From assembly GCA_964618415.1 (NCBI GenBank), contig CAZUAT010000007.1, forward strand, positions 929-64,928: a DNA stretch of 64,000 nucleotides, written 5' to 3'. Source of the stretch: an uncultured Thermoanaerobaculia bacterium (GTDB taxonomy: Bacteria; Acidobacteriota; Thermoanaerobaculia; Multivoradales; JAGPDF01). Every line of letters starts with the position of its first letter. Position 1 is the stretch's first letter. The notes below the pieces were generated by a model, which saw only the letters and a list, made by a program, of their open reading frames with translations, was not told the origin of the DNA and ran no database searches. This document shows positions 1-8,813 of the stretch, one piece after another. Position numbers and translations under genes: made by a program.

Positions 1-867
1 CTCGCCGCGGCGCCGCCCGCGCCGTTCGCGCGCCGCGACGCGCGCCCGCCGGCGTTCGACCCCGAGGAGCTGCTCGGGCTGATGCCGATTCAGCGCAGCC
101 GGCCCTACGATACGCGGGAGCTGGTCGCGCGGCTGATCGACGAGGCGGACTTCGACGAGTTCAAGGCGGACTACGGGCGCACGATCGTCTGCGGCACCGG
201 CTGGATCGAGGGCCACGCGGTCGGCATCGTCGCCAACCAGCGCTCGATCGTCGACAAGCGCACCGGGCTCGAGCCGAAGGATCGCGAGCTGCAGATCGGC
301 GGAGTGATCTACTCGGACTCGGCCGACAAGGCGGCACGCTTCGTGGAGATCTGCAACCAGAAGCGAATTCCGCTGCTTTTCCTCCAGGACGTCACCGGCT
401 TCATGGTCGGTTCGCGCGCCGAGCGGGGCGGCATCATCAAGGACGGGGCGAAGCTGGTGAACGTGGTCGCCAACTCGGTGGTCCCCAAGATCACCGTGTT
501 CGTCGGCAACAGCTATGGCGCCGGCAACTACGCGATGTGCGGCAAGGCGTACGGCGCGCGCTTTCTGTTCGCCTGGCCGTCGGCCTCGATCGCGGTCATG
601 GGCGGCGAGCAGGCGTCGAGCACGCTGCTCTCGATCCAGCTCAAGAACCGCGGCGCCGACGTCTCCGAGGCGGAGAAGCAGGCGCTGCTGGACGACATCC
701 GCAAGCGCTACGCCGACGCGATGAACCCCCGCTTCGCCGCCGCCCGCCTCTGGGTCGACGCGATCATCGACCCGCGCGACACCCGCACCGTCCTCGCCCG
801 CGCCCTCGAAGCCTGCGCCACGAACCCCGACGTCCCCGAGTTCAAGACCGGCGTTCTGCAGACCTGA
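1..867 (+). CDS. Acyl-CoA carboxylase carboxyltransferase (beta) subunit, methylcrotonyl/geranyl-CoA carboxylase-like; 5' truncated by window edge
   Basis: Frame open from base 1. Carboxyl_trans motifs GIVANQ, PLLFLQDVTGFMVG, GGIIKDGAKLV, GNSYGAGNYAMCG, AVMGGEQA, LWVDAIIDP. Neighbours are AtuA-like and enoyl-CoA hydratase genes. Confidence 0.9.
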   Translation, partial: LAAAPPAPFARRDARPPAFDPEELLGLMPIQRSRPYDTRELVARLIDEADFDEFKADYGRTIVCGTGWIEGHAVGIVANQRSIVDKRTGLEPKDRELQIGGVIYSDSADKAARFVEICNQKRIPLLFLQDVTGFMVGSRAERGGIIKDGAKLVNVVANSVVPKITVFVGNSYGAGNYAMCGKAYGARFLFAWPSASIAVMGGEQASSTLLSIQLKNRGADVSEAEKQALLDDIRKRYADAMNPRFAAARLWVDAIIDPRDTRTVLARALEACATNPDVPEFKTGVLQT

Positions 868-911
868 GTCGCCAGCCGGACCCGCGAGGCCGCACTTCGG
901 ATTCGCGGCCG

Positions 912-935
912 CGCTCGCGCACGTTGGCGCGAGCG
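912..935. terminator. GC-rich hairpin between convergent genes (possible bidirectional terminator)
   Basis: Perfect 9-bp inverted repeat CGCTCGCGC (912-920) / GCGCGAGCG (927-935) with a 6-nt loop; no U-tract. Confidence 0.45.
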
Positions 936-941
936 GGCGCC

Positions 942-2309
942 TCAGTTCCCGCTCCACCCTCCCGTCGAGCCGCGTTCGAGGCCGTCGCGGAAGATGAGGG
1001 AGCTGGTGGTGCGGGTGATGCCGAACGAGGTCTCGGGGTCGACGGTCACCGGGCCCGCGGCGACCAGCCGGCCGCCCGAGAGGGTCATCGCCGCCGCGGA
1101 GTCGGAGAGGTCGGGCACCTGCTCGAAGCTCACCCGCCGCACGCCGTTGGAGTGGAAGGTCGCGTCGAGGAGGCCGGTGGGCGTCAGCCGGAAGAGGAAG
1201 AAGTCGGCGGAGCCCGGGATCGTGACGTAGATCGATCCGACGCCGATCAGCTTGCCGTCGCTCTGCACTTCCATGGCACGGATCCCGAGGCGGGCATCGA
1301 AGACGAGCTGGGCGAGGCCGTCGCCGCCGAAAGTGCCGTCGAGCACGCCGCCGCTCGACAGCCGCAGCACGCCGGCATAGTCGTCGTAGACGCCAGAGCT
1401 GAATGCCATGGCGACGTACATCGATCCCGAGCTCGGGTCGACGGCGAGCTGGTAGGGGTTGGTGTGGCCGGCCGGCAGGTCGAACGGCGCGATGCCGTCG
1501 CCGCCGCCGAACGAGGTGTCGAGCGCGCCCGAGGCGAGGAGGCGGACGATCGCGAAGCCGCCCGACTGGCCGAGCACGAGCAGCCGGCCGGCTCCGTCGA
1601 GGCGAAGATCGTAGGGGTAGGTGGCGCTCCAGGCGCCGGTGCTCGGCACCTCCCAGCCGTCGCCCGAGAAGGTCGGGTCGGGAACGCCGGCGGTCGTGAC
1701 CCGCAGCAGCATCGGGCGCGAGTCGCCGCTGTTGTCCGGACAGTCGTAGCAGTAGCCGTAGAAGACCACCTTGCCGTCGGGCTGGACGAGCGCCCCCTGC
1801 CAGCCCCAGGAGCTGGTCGCCCAGGGCAGGTCGAACACCGCGACGCCCACGTCGCCGAACGTCGGGTCGAGGTCGCCTTCCGGCGTCAGCTTCGCCAGGG
1901 CCGGCAGATCGAGAGACTCCTGATCGTCGACCTGCGAGAGCGCGGCGACCAGCAGCGAGCCGTCGGGCAGCGGCGAGAGGGCGAGGAGCTGGTCGCTGGC
2001 GCCCGGTACGGCGTCGATCGCCACCCGTCGCCGCCCCGTCGCCCCCCAGGCCAGATTGAGCGCTCCGGTGGAGGTGAGCCGGGTCACCCCCAGGTCCTGG
2101 CCGAGCGAGGTTTCGACCTCGCCGCCGACGTAGAGCGAGCCGTCGCCGAGGGCGCGCACGGCGGTCGGCTGGGCGGAGTCGCCGCCCCAGCCGATGACCT
2201 GCAGGCCGTCGGAGCTGAAGGTCGGATCGGCATAGCCGTCCTGGGCGACGGCGGGCCCGGCCAGCGTCAGTGCGGCGAGCAGGAGGAGGAAGGCGGTGGG
2301 TCGGGTCAT
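942..2309 (-). CDS. Secreted delta-60 repeat (beta-propeller) protein with C-terminal IFRDGLE tail
   Basis: Signal peptide MTRPTAFLLLLAALTLAGPAVA/QD. About 7 repeats of the type (L)D(P/T)TF(G/S)xDG ... QPDGK(I/V)V. Ends SSLIFRDGLERGSTGGWSGN. Alternative ATG at 2327. The first ~370 aa of the ORF-track entry are antisense shadow of the kinase. Confidence 0.85.
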   Translation of the reverse strand: MTRPTAFLLLLAALTLAGPAVAQDGYADPTFSSDGLQVIGWGGDSAQPTAVRALGDGSLYVGGEVETSLGQDLGVTRLTSTGALNLAWGATGRRRVAIDAVPGASDQLLALSPLPDGSLLVAALSQVDDQESLDLPALAKLTPEGDLDPTFGDVGVAVFDLPWATSSWGWQGALVQPDGKVVFYGYCYDCPDNSGDSRPMLLRVTTAGVPDPTFSGDGWEVPSTGAWSATYPYDLRLDGAGRLLVLGQSGGFAIVRLLASGALDTSFGGGDGIAPFDLPAGHTNPYQLAVDPSSGSMYVAMAFSSGVYDDYAGVLRLSSGGVLDGTFGGDGLAQLVFDARLGIRAMEVQSDGKLIGVGSIYVTIPGSADFFLFRLTPTGLLDATFHSNGVRRVSFEQVPDLSDSAAAMTLSGGRLVAAGPVTVDPETSFGITRTTSSLIFRDGLERGSTGGWSGN

Positions 2310-2451
2310 GATCAATCTCGCTTTCATCCGGAAGAACGGAGATCCGGGTCCTGGGCTGTCACGCCGCCGTCTCCCGCGCCGGACGCGGCCCGGCGGTTGA
2401 CGGGGGGCAGGGGACGCGGAAGACTCCCGGCGCACCCCGGAGGATGCCGCC

Positions 2452-4443
2452 CTGAACAGCCCCGCCGAAGACGCCGCCTCCGCCGAGCGCGAGGCCCTGC
2501 TGAGGCAGGAGCTCGCGGAGGCGCGCGAGGAGCTCGGCCGGCTGCGCGGCCAGCTGCAGCTCTTCGCCGCGGCGGTGCGCGACAATCCGCTGCCGATCCT
2601 GATCAGCGACCTCGACACCGCGGTCATCGAAGAGGCCAACCAGGCCTTCCTCGCCTTGCTCGGCCTCTCCAGCGAGCAGGTGATCGGCCGCACGGGATTC
2701 GAGGTCGGCCTCTGGAAGGACGCCGCGGAGCGGGTGGCGCTGCTCGCGGAGCTGTCCGCCCGGGGTGCGGTTCGCCAGCGCCCGTTCTCGTTCGTCGCGC
2801 CGGACGGCACCGCGCGCGATTTCCTCCTGTCGTTCAATCGCCTCCGTCTCGGCGGCCGCATCTTCCTGCTCACCGCGGCCGAGGACGTCACCCAGCTCGA
2901 ACGGGCGCGCCGCGAGCTGGCCGAGAGCGAGCGGCGCTTCGCAGTCGCCTTCCGGGCCAACCCCGCGGGGCTGTCGCTGTCGCGCCTGCGCGACGGCGTC
3001 TTCCTCGACGTCAACGACGCCTTCGCCGAGCTGGTCGGGCTGACGCGCGAGGCGATGGTCGGCCGCAGCGCCTTCGAGCTGGGGCTCTGGCCGGACGCCG
3101 AGTCGCGGCGACGGGCCTTCGAGCCGATCCTCGCCGGCGGCTTCGCGCGACGCATTCCGGCGCAGGTGCGTGGCGCCGACGGCCAGCCGCGCGAGGCGCG
3201 CATCTCGGGCAGCGCCTTCGACCTCGATGGCGAGCGCTGCATCCTCGTCCTGGCCGAGGACGTCACCGAGCTGAACCGGGCGCAGGAGGCGCTCGAGCAG
3301 AGCGAGCGCCGCTTCCGCGCCGCGCTCGACGGCAGCGCCGACGCCTTCCTGCTGCTCGAGGCGCAGCGCGACGGGACCGGAAGAGTGGTCGATTTCCGCC
3401 TCGCCGACGCCAACCGGAGTGCGACGCGCCAGATCGGGCGCGAGCGCGAAGAATTGCTCGGCGGATCGCTGCTCGAGAGCTGCCCTCTGCACCAGGACGG
3501 CGAGATGTTCGAGCGCTACCGGCGGGCCTTCGAGGAGGGTCAGGTGCTCGAGGGCGAGTACCAGACCAGCGCGCCGAAGCGGCGGACGCGCCTGCTGCGC
3601 ACCCAGGTGGTGCCGCTCAGCGACGCGGTCGCGATCTGGTTTCGCGACGTCACCGAGCTGCGCTCGGCCGAGGCGGAGCACCGGCGCAAGAGCGAGGAGT
3701 TCCACCGCGGCCAGCGGCTCGAGAGCCTCGGCCTGCTGGCCGGCGGCGTGGCGCACGACTTCAACAATCTGCTCACCGCCATCCTCGGCTATGCCGAGGT
3801 CGCCGCGCGTCGCCTTCCCGACGGGGCGCCGGCGGCGGCGCCGGTGGCCGAGATCGGCCAGGCGGCGCGGCGGGCGGCCGAGCTGACCCAGAAGATGCTC
3901 GCCTTTGCCGGCGGCGGCGCGATGCAGTTCGCCTGGATCTCGCTCAACGAGGTCGTCTCGGAGATGGTCGACCTGCTGCGACCGGCGCTGCGCGGCGGGC
4001 GCGAGGTCTCGCTGTCCCTGGCCCGCCCCTCGCCCGGCCTCGAAGCTGACCCGACCCAGATGCGCCAGGTAGTGCTCAACCTGGTGCTCAATGCCGCCGA
4101 GGCGATCGAAGGCGAAGCGGGGCGGATCGAGGTTTCGACCGGCGAGGTCTACTGCGAGCGCGAGCGCCTGGCGGCGGCCGTCGTCGGCGCCGATCGCGGC
4201 GAGGGGCGCTATGTCTTCCTGCGCGTCTCGGACGACGGCGGCGGCCTGTCGCCGGAGCTGCGCGAGCGGATCTTCGAGCCGTTCTTCACCACCAAGTTCA
4301 CCGGGCGCGGGCTGGGGCTCGCCGCGGTGCTCGGCATCGTCCGTGGCCACCACGGCGCGATCGAGGTCGAGAGCACAGAGGGGCGGGGGACCACCTTCAC
4401 CCTGCTGCTGCCGCTCGCGCAACCGCGCCCCGAGCCTCGTTAG
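2452..4443 (+). CDS. Cytoplasmic multi-PAS sensor histidine kinase (no receiver domain)
   Basis: Three PAS-like repeats, H-box LAGGVAHDFNNLLTAIL, N-box NLVLNAAEAI, VSDDGGG, FEPFFTTK..GRGLGL. Frame is open from the stop at 2398-2400. CTG at 2452 follows GGAGG; first canonical start is GTG 2575. Start uncertain. Confidence 0.88.
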   Translation: MNSPAEDAASAEREALLRQELAEAREELGRLRGQLQLFAAAVRDNPLPILISDLDTAVIEEANQAFLALLGLSSEQVIGRTGFEVGLWKDAAERVALLAELSARGAVRQRPFSFVAPDGTARDFLLSFNRLRLGGRIFLLTAAEDVTQLERARRELAESERRFAVAFRANPAGLSLSRLRDGVFLDVNDAFAELVGLTREAMVGRSAFELGLWPDAESRRRAFEPILAGGFARRIPAQVRGADGQPREARISGSAFDLDGERCILVLAEDVTELNRAQEALEQSERRFRAALDGSADAFLLLEAQRDGTGRVVDFRLADANRSATRQIGREREELLGGSLLESCPLHQDGEMFERYRRAFEEGQVLEGEYQTSAPKRRTRLLRTQVVPLSDAVAIWFRDVTELRSAEAEHRRKSEEFHRGQRLESLGLLAGGVAHDFNNLLTAILGYAEVAARRLPDGAPAAAPVAEIGQAARRAAELTQKMLAFAGGGAMQFAWISLNEVVSEMVDLLRPALRGGREVSLSLARPSPGLEADPTQMRQVVLNLVLNAAEAIEGEAGRIEVSTGEVYCERERLAAAVVGADRGEGRYVFLRVSDDGGGLSPELRERIFEPFFTTKFTGRGLGLAAVLGIVRGHHGAIEVESTEGRGTTFTLLLPLAQPRPEPR

Positions 4444-4473
4444 ATCGGCGTCGATGCTAGGCTCGTCCACCGA

Positions 4474-5841
4474 GTGAAGACCGTCCGCATCGCCAACGGC
4501 CAGGGATTCTGGGGGGACAACGTCGACGCGCCGCTCGAACTGCTGCGCGGCGGCCCGATCGACTATCTCGGCATGGACTACCTCGCCGAGGTGACCCTGT
4601 CGATCATGATGCGGCAGAAGCTGCGCAATCCGGCGGCCGGCTACGCGACCGACTTTATCGACTTCATTCGCCGCGCGCTGCCCGAGCTGATGGCGCGCAA
4701 CGTGCGGATCGTGACCAACGCCGGCGGCCTCAATCCGGTGGCCTGTCGGGCGAAGATCTTCGAAGTGGCCCGCGAGCTGGGCGTTACGGGCCTGCGGGTC
4801 GGAGTGGTGGAGGGCGACGACCTGCTCGGACGTCTGCCCGATCTGATCGCGCGCGGACACCGGCTCGAGAACATGGACACCGGGGACCCGATTGCCGGCG
4901 TGCTGGACCGGGTCACCTCCGCCAACGCGTACATCGGCGCGCTGCCGGTCGCCGAGGCGCTCGCCGGAGGCGCCCAGATCGTGCTCTGCGGCCGGGTCAC
5001 CGACACTGCGCTCGCCCTGGGGCCCCTGGTCGCCGAGTTCGGCTGGGCGCGTGACGACTGGGATCGGCTGGCGGCCGGCACGATCGCGGGTCACATCCTC
5101 GAGTGCGGCGCCCAGGCGAGCGGCGGCAACTTCACCCGCTTCTGGGAGGTGCCGGACCTGTGGAACGTCGGCTATCCGATCGCCGAGGTGACCGAGGACG
5201 GCAGCTTCACGGTCACCAAGCATCCGGGAACCGGCGGTAGGGTGAGCGTCGACACGGTGTCCGAGCAGCTGCTCTACGAGATGGGCGATCCGGTCGGGTA
5301 CATCACGCCGGACGTCACCGCCGACTTCACGTCGATCCAGCTCGCCGACGCCGGACCCGACCGGGTCCGCGTCACCGGTATCCGGGGACGGCCGAACACA
5401 CCGTTCCTCAAGATCTCGGCCTCGTATCTGGACGGCTGGAAAGCCGCCGGCCAGGTGACACTGGCGGCGCCGCGGGCGCTGGAGAAGGCGCGGCTGGCGG
5501 CAGAGATCGTCTGGAAGCGGCTCGAGCGCGCCGGCGTGACCTTCCCCCCGGAGGATCGGCGTGAGGAGTATGTCGGCGTGTCGGCCTGTCTGCCCGGCAT
5601 CGCGCCGGCGCCGGCCGACCCGGCGGAGGTCGTGCTGCGGCTCGCCGTGCGTGGCTCCGACCGGTCGGCGGTCGATCGGTTCGGCAAGGAGATCGCACCG
5701 CTGATCACCGCCGGCCCGCCGGGCGTGACCGGATTTGCCGGCGGCAGGCCGAAGGCGCAGGAGGTGGTCGCCTACTGGCCGGCGCTGCTGGCGCGCGAAG
5801 AGATCGAGCCCGGGCTCGAGGTTACGGTGGAGGAGGTTTAG
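4474..5841 (+). CDS. Acyclic terpene utilization AtuA-family protein (DUF1446)
   Basis: N-terminal VRIANGQGFWGD, DYLAEVT, TNAGGLNP, SANAYIGA, GRVTD, AGHILECGAQASGGN, QLLYEMGDP. GTG start 10 nt after an extended -10 TGcTAGGCT. Confidence 0.88.
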   Translation: MKTVRIANGQGFWGDNVDAPLELLRGGPIDYLGMDYLAEVTLSIMMRQKLRNPAAGYATDFIDFIRRALPELMARNVRIVTNAGGLNPVACRAKIFEVARELGVTGLRVGVVEGDDLLGRLPDLIARGHRLENMDTGDPIAGVLDRVTSANAYIGALPVAEALAGGAQIVLCGRVTDTALALGPLVAEFGWARDDWDRLAAGTIAGHILECGAQASGGNFTRFWEVPDLWNVGYPIAEVTEDGSFTVTKHPGTGGRVSVDTVSEQLLYEMGDPVGYITPDVTADFTSIQLADAGPDRVRVTGIRGRPNTPFLKISASYLDGWKAAGQVTLAAPRALEKARLAAEIVWKRLERAGVTFPPEDRREEYVGVSACLPGIAPAPADPAEVVLRLAVRGSDRSAVDRFGKEIAPLITAGPPGVTGFAGGRPKAQEVVAYWPALLAREEIEPGLEVTVEEV

Positions 5842-5845
5842 GCCG

Positions 5846-6175
5846 ATGCGGGTTCCTCTCTCGCGCATCGCGCACGCCCGGTCGGGAGACAAGGGCGACG
5901 CGTCGAACGTCGGCCTGATCGCGAACTCCCCCGAGCTGTTCGACCTGATTCGGCGCGAGGTCACCGCCGAGCGGGTGCGCGAGCATTTTCGCGAGGTCTG
6001 CCGCGGCGACGTGGAGCGGTTCGAGGTGCCCAACCTGCTCGCGCTCAACTTCCTGCTGCACGATTCGCTGGGCGGCGGCGGCACGGCTTCGCTGCTGACC
6101 GACGCGCAGGGCAAGACGCACGGCCAGGGGCTGCTGCTGCTCGAGATCGACGTGCCGGACGAGCTGCTGCGGTGA
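5846..6175 (+). CDS. AtuA-related small protein (stand-alone C-terminal domain)
   Basis: MRVPLSRIAHARSGDKGDASNVGLIA ... LNFLLHDSLGGGG ... DAQGKTHGQ; GGAGG SD upstream. Confidence 0.85.
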   Translation: MRVPLSRIAHARSGDKGDASNVGLIANSPELFDLIRREVTAERVREHFREVCRGDVERFEVPNLLALNFLLHDSLGGGGTASLLTDAQGKTHGQGLLLLEIDVPDELLR

Positions 6176-6957
6176 CCGATCGGCTGCTCGTCGAGCGCGA
6201 GGGCGATCTGGTCCGGTTGACGCTGAACGATCCGGAGCGGGCCAACGCCCTGTCGCCCGAGCTGGCGGCCGCGCTCACCCGCGAGTTTCGCCGCGATTGG
6301 CGCGCCGAGGGGGCGCGGGCGATCCTGCTCGCAGGCGCCGGCCGGCACTTCTGTGCCGGGGCCGATCTGGCGAACCTGCGCCAGCTCGCCGACGCCTCGC
6401 CGCTCGATCATCGCCTCGACTCGCAGCGACTGCGCGATCTGTTCGAGGCGATCCTGCGTCAGCCGGCGCTCACCATCGCCGAGGTCCAGGGTTCGTGCGT
6501 GGCCGGCGGTTGCGGCCTGGCCACGGCTTGCGATTTCGTGGTCGCGACGCGCGACGCCCGCTTTCTCTACAGCGAAGTGCGGATCGGCTTCGTCGCCGCC
6601 CTGGTGGCGACGTTCCTGACCCTGCGGCTGCGCGGTCGCGAGGTGCGGGAGCTGCTGCTGTTCCCGGAGTTCGTCGGTGCTGAGCGGGCGCTCGAGCTCG
6701 GTCTCGTCGACCGGGTCGTCGAGCCCGAGGAGTTGCACGCGGCGGCCGCAGATCTGGCCGGGCGGATTCTCGCCAATGGGAGTTCGGAGTCGATCGCGCT
6801 GACCAAGCAGGTGTTGCTGGGCATCGTCGGGCTCGGCCTCGACGAGCGACTCGACCTGGCGGCCTCGATCAACGCCGCCTCTCGCTCGACCGCCGACTGC
6901 CGCCGCGGCGTCGCCCACTTCCTCGAGACCAAGACACCTCCCCGCTGGCGCGACTGA
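6172..6957 (+). CDS. Enoyl-CoA hydratase/isomerase (methylglutaconyl-CoA hydratase-like)
   Basis: Crotonase motifs LTLNDPERANAL, FCAGADL, GSCVAGGCGLATACD, SEVRIGF; GTGA overlap with the previous gene. Confidence 0.9.
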   Translation: MTDRLLVEREGDLVRLTLNDPERANALSPELAAALTREFRRDWRAEGARAILLAGAGRHFCAGADLANLRQLADASPLDHRLDSQRLRDLFEAILRQPALTIAEVQGSCVAGGCGLATACDFVVATRDARFLYSEVRIGFVAALVATFLTLRLRGREVRELLLFPEFVGAERALELGLVDRVVEPEELHAAAADLAGRILANGSSESIALTKQVLLGIVGLGLDERLDLAASINAASRSTADCRRGVAHFLETKTPPRWRD

Positions 6958-6969
6958 GGGTTTCGCTTC

Positions 6970-6999
6970 GCCGAGCGCAGCCGGCCGGCTGCACTCGGC
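6970..6999. repeat. 30-bp near-perfect palindrome (REP-like or terminator) between convergent genes
   Basis: GCCGAGCGCAGCCGG|CCGGCTGCACTCGGC, one mismatch, no loop. The first 16 nt recur exactly at 62275-62290. Confidence 0.7.
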
Positions 7000-7025
7000 G
7001 CTTCATGGTCGAGGGATGCGCGGTC

Positions 7026-8813
7026 TCAGCGGCGGGCGGGGGGCTCGGGGACGACGGCGGTGGCCAGGGCGGTCGACAGCAGGCCGGCGACCTGGTCGGT
7101 GACCGTCACCGCGACGCGATAGGTGCCCGGCTCGAGGCGCAGCTCGGCGCGATGGGCCCAGTTGCCGGCCAGCGCCTCGGCGTGCTCGGCGTCCGGGATG
7201 CGCAGGTCGATCGCCGCCGGAGCGCCGACACGTACCGCCCCGACGTCGTCCCGCAGCGCGACGCGGACTTCGAGCCGGCCGACCCACTGTCCGCCCTGGG
7301 GCACGAGCGCCAGGCCGGCGATCGGGATGCGTACCGTCAGCGGCACGATCTGCGCGCGCCCGCGGCCACCCTCGGGCTCCGGCGCACTCAGCTCGAGAGC
7401 GACCGGGAAAGCGTGTGCAGCCGCTCCCAGCGCAGCGCCGGCTGCCACCTGCTGATCGGCCGCTTCGGCCAGGCCGAGCCGCCGGAAGCTCTGTCGGTGG
7501 CGGACGCGAACTCCCTCGCGCCGTACGCGCACCTCGACCCGGTGATCTCCGTCGCCTGCCTCCGGGCCGACCGGGAAGCCGAGAGAGTACGCTGCGGCGT
7601 GGTCGAGATCGACCTGTGCCAGGCCGGCAGAGAGATTCTCGTCGACGAACAGTCGCGTGCCGCCCGTAGCGGCGGCGAGCTGGGCGACGCTCGAAGAGGC
7701 TTCGACCAGGCTGATGTCGCGCGGAGCCGTGCGGGCCTGGCCGCGTCCCAGGCTGCCGAATTCGGCCGAGTTCTGCTCCACTGGCGGCGTGCGCGGCGTG
7801 ATCGTGTAGAACGAGATTCGCGCATTCTGGGCGGCCCGCAGCATCGCCTCGAAGCGGGTCATCACGGCCGTTCCCTCGGCCTCCATCAGGTCGACCTGGT
7901 CGAACCCGCTGCGCAGCACCTGGCCGCGCTTCTGCATCAGCAGCGCCGAGAGGAAAGCAGTGGGGGAGGCAGAATATCCGGCGGTCGCCAGCAGCACCGA
8001 CTTGTGCCCCTCGAGCGCCGCGACGGCGCCGATCCACTGCTCGAGTGCGGCGATCGACCGGCGCTGCCGGTCCAGCTCCTCGCGACCGTACTGCTCGATC
8101 TCGCGCCGCAGGCGCTGGCTTTCCTGTTCGATGAAGTTCTGCTCGCGTTCCGGGTCGACGCTGAACGAGAGGCCGAAGTTGCGCACCTCGCGCTCCAGAA
8201 GCGTGCGCTCGGAAGCGATGCGTGTCCCGCGGCCGCGCATCTCTTCCAGCTCGTCGAGGGCGGCGAGCACGGCCGAGCGGTCTCCGGTCGCGTCGGCGAG
8301 GATGCGCAGCGTGTCGGCGAATGCGGCAACCAGGATCCGGTCGTCTTCGGCGGTGCGGGTGAGCAGGTAGTCGCGGATCTCCTCGACGATCGTGTCCGAC
8401 GTCTTCCAGCTCAGCGCGCTCAGGTCGACGAAAACGAGCACCTGGCTGGGTGTCGTGGTCTCTGTGGCAGGCGGCTGGGTGGGGTCGCTCGCCGGCGCCT
8501 CTGGAGTTGTCGCCGGGGCAGCAGCCGGAGTCGCGGTCTCCTGCGTCCGCAGGGCCGGGGCGGCGAAATAGTCGATGGCGGTCGGCTGACCGTCGATCCG
8601 CAGTTCGAAATCGGAGCGGGTGAGATCGGAAACCGGGCGCCCGTTGCGGTCGACCACGATCACGTCGACGTTGACGATCTCGACTTCGACCCGGTCGGCG
8701 AACTCCGGCGGGGCGGCTGGCTGTGGCGCTGGCGCCTCCTGGGCCGCCATGGGAGCCGCCAAGGCAGGGAGCACGATGGCGGCGAGGGCGGCATGGGCGA
8801 CGAGCCGGCGCAT
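7026..8813 (-). CDS. Secreted VWA-domain protein (VWFA-related acidobacterial type), paralog 1
   Basis: Signal peptide MRRLVAHAALAAIVLPALAAPMAA/QE; FADRVEVEIVNVDVIVVDRNGRPVSDLTRSDFEL; partial MIDAS FVDLSALS; GHKSVLLATAG; LAAATGG; YSLGF; HRVEVRVRREGVRVRHR. Confidence 0.85.
   Translation of the reverse strand: MRRLVAHAALAAIVLPALAAPMAAQEAPAPQPAAPPEFADRVEVEIVNVDVIVVDRNGRPVSDLTRSDFELRIDGQPTAIDYFAAPALRTQETATPAAAPATTPEAPASDPTQPPATETTTPSQVLVFVDLSALSWKTSDTIVEEIRDYLLTRTAEDDRILVAAFADTLRILADATGDRSAVLAALDELEEMRGRGTRIASERTLLEREVRNFGLSFSVDPEREQNFIEQESQRLRREIEQYGREELDRQRRSIAALEQWIGAVAALEGHKSVLLATAGYSASPTAFLSALLMQKRGQVLRSGFDQVDLMEAEGTAVMTRFEAMLRAAQNARISFYTITPRTPPVEQNSAEFGSLGRGQARTAPRDISLVEASSSVAQLAAATGGTRLFVDENLSAGLAQVDLDHAAAYSLGFPVGPEAGDGDHRVEVRVRREGVRVRHRQSFRRLGLAEAADQQVAAGAALGAAAHAFPVALELSAPEPEGGRGRAQIVPLTVRIPIAGLALVPQGGQWVGRLEVRVALRDDVGAVRVGAPAAIDLRIPDAEHAEALAGNWAHRAELRLEPGTYRVAVTVTDQVAGLLSTALATAVVPEPPARR

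Noticed and set aside
4474-6175. Split AtuA (large plus small gene) as a pseudogene
   Set aside because: Both ORFs are intact, with an SD and coupling; the two-gene form is a normal arrangement.
537-6918. Very long alternative-frame or antisense ORFs (537..4049 +, 2359..6918 -)
   Set aside because: Arg/Gly/Pro-rich shadow frames of real genes; stop codons are rare off-frame in high-GC coding DNA; no motifs.
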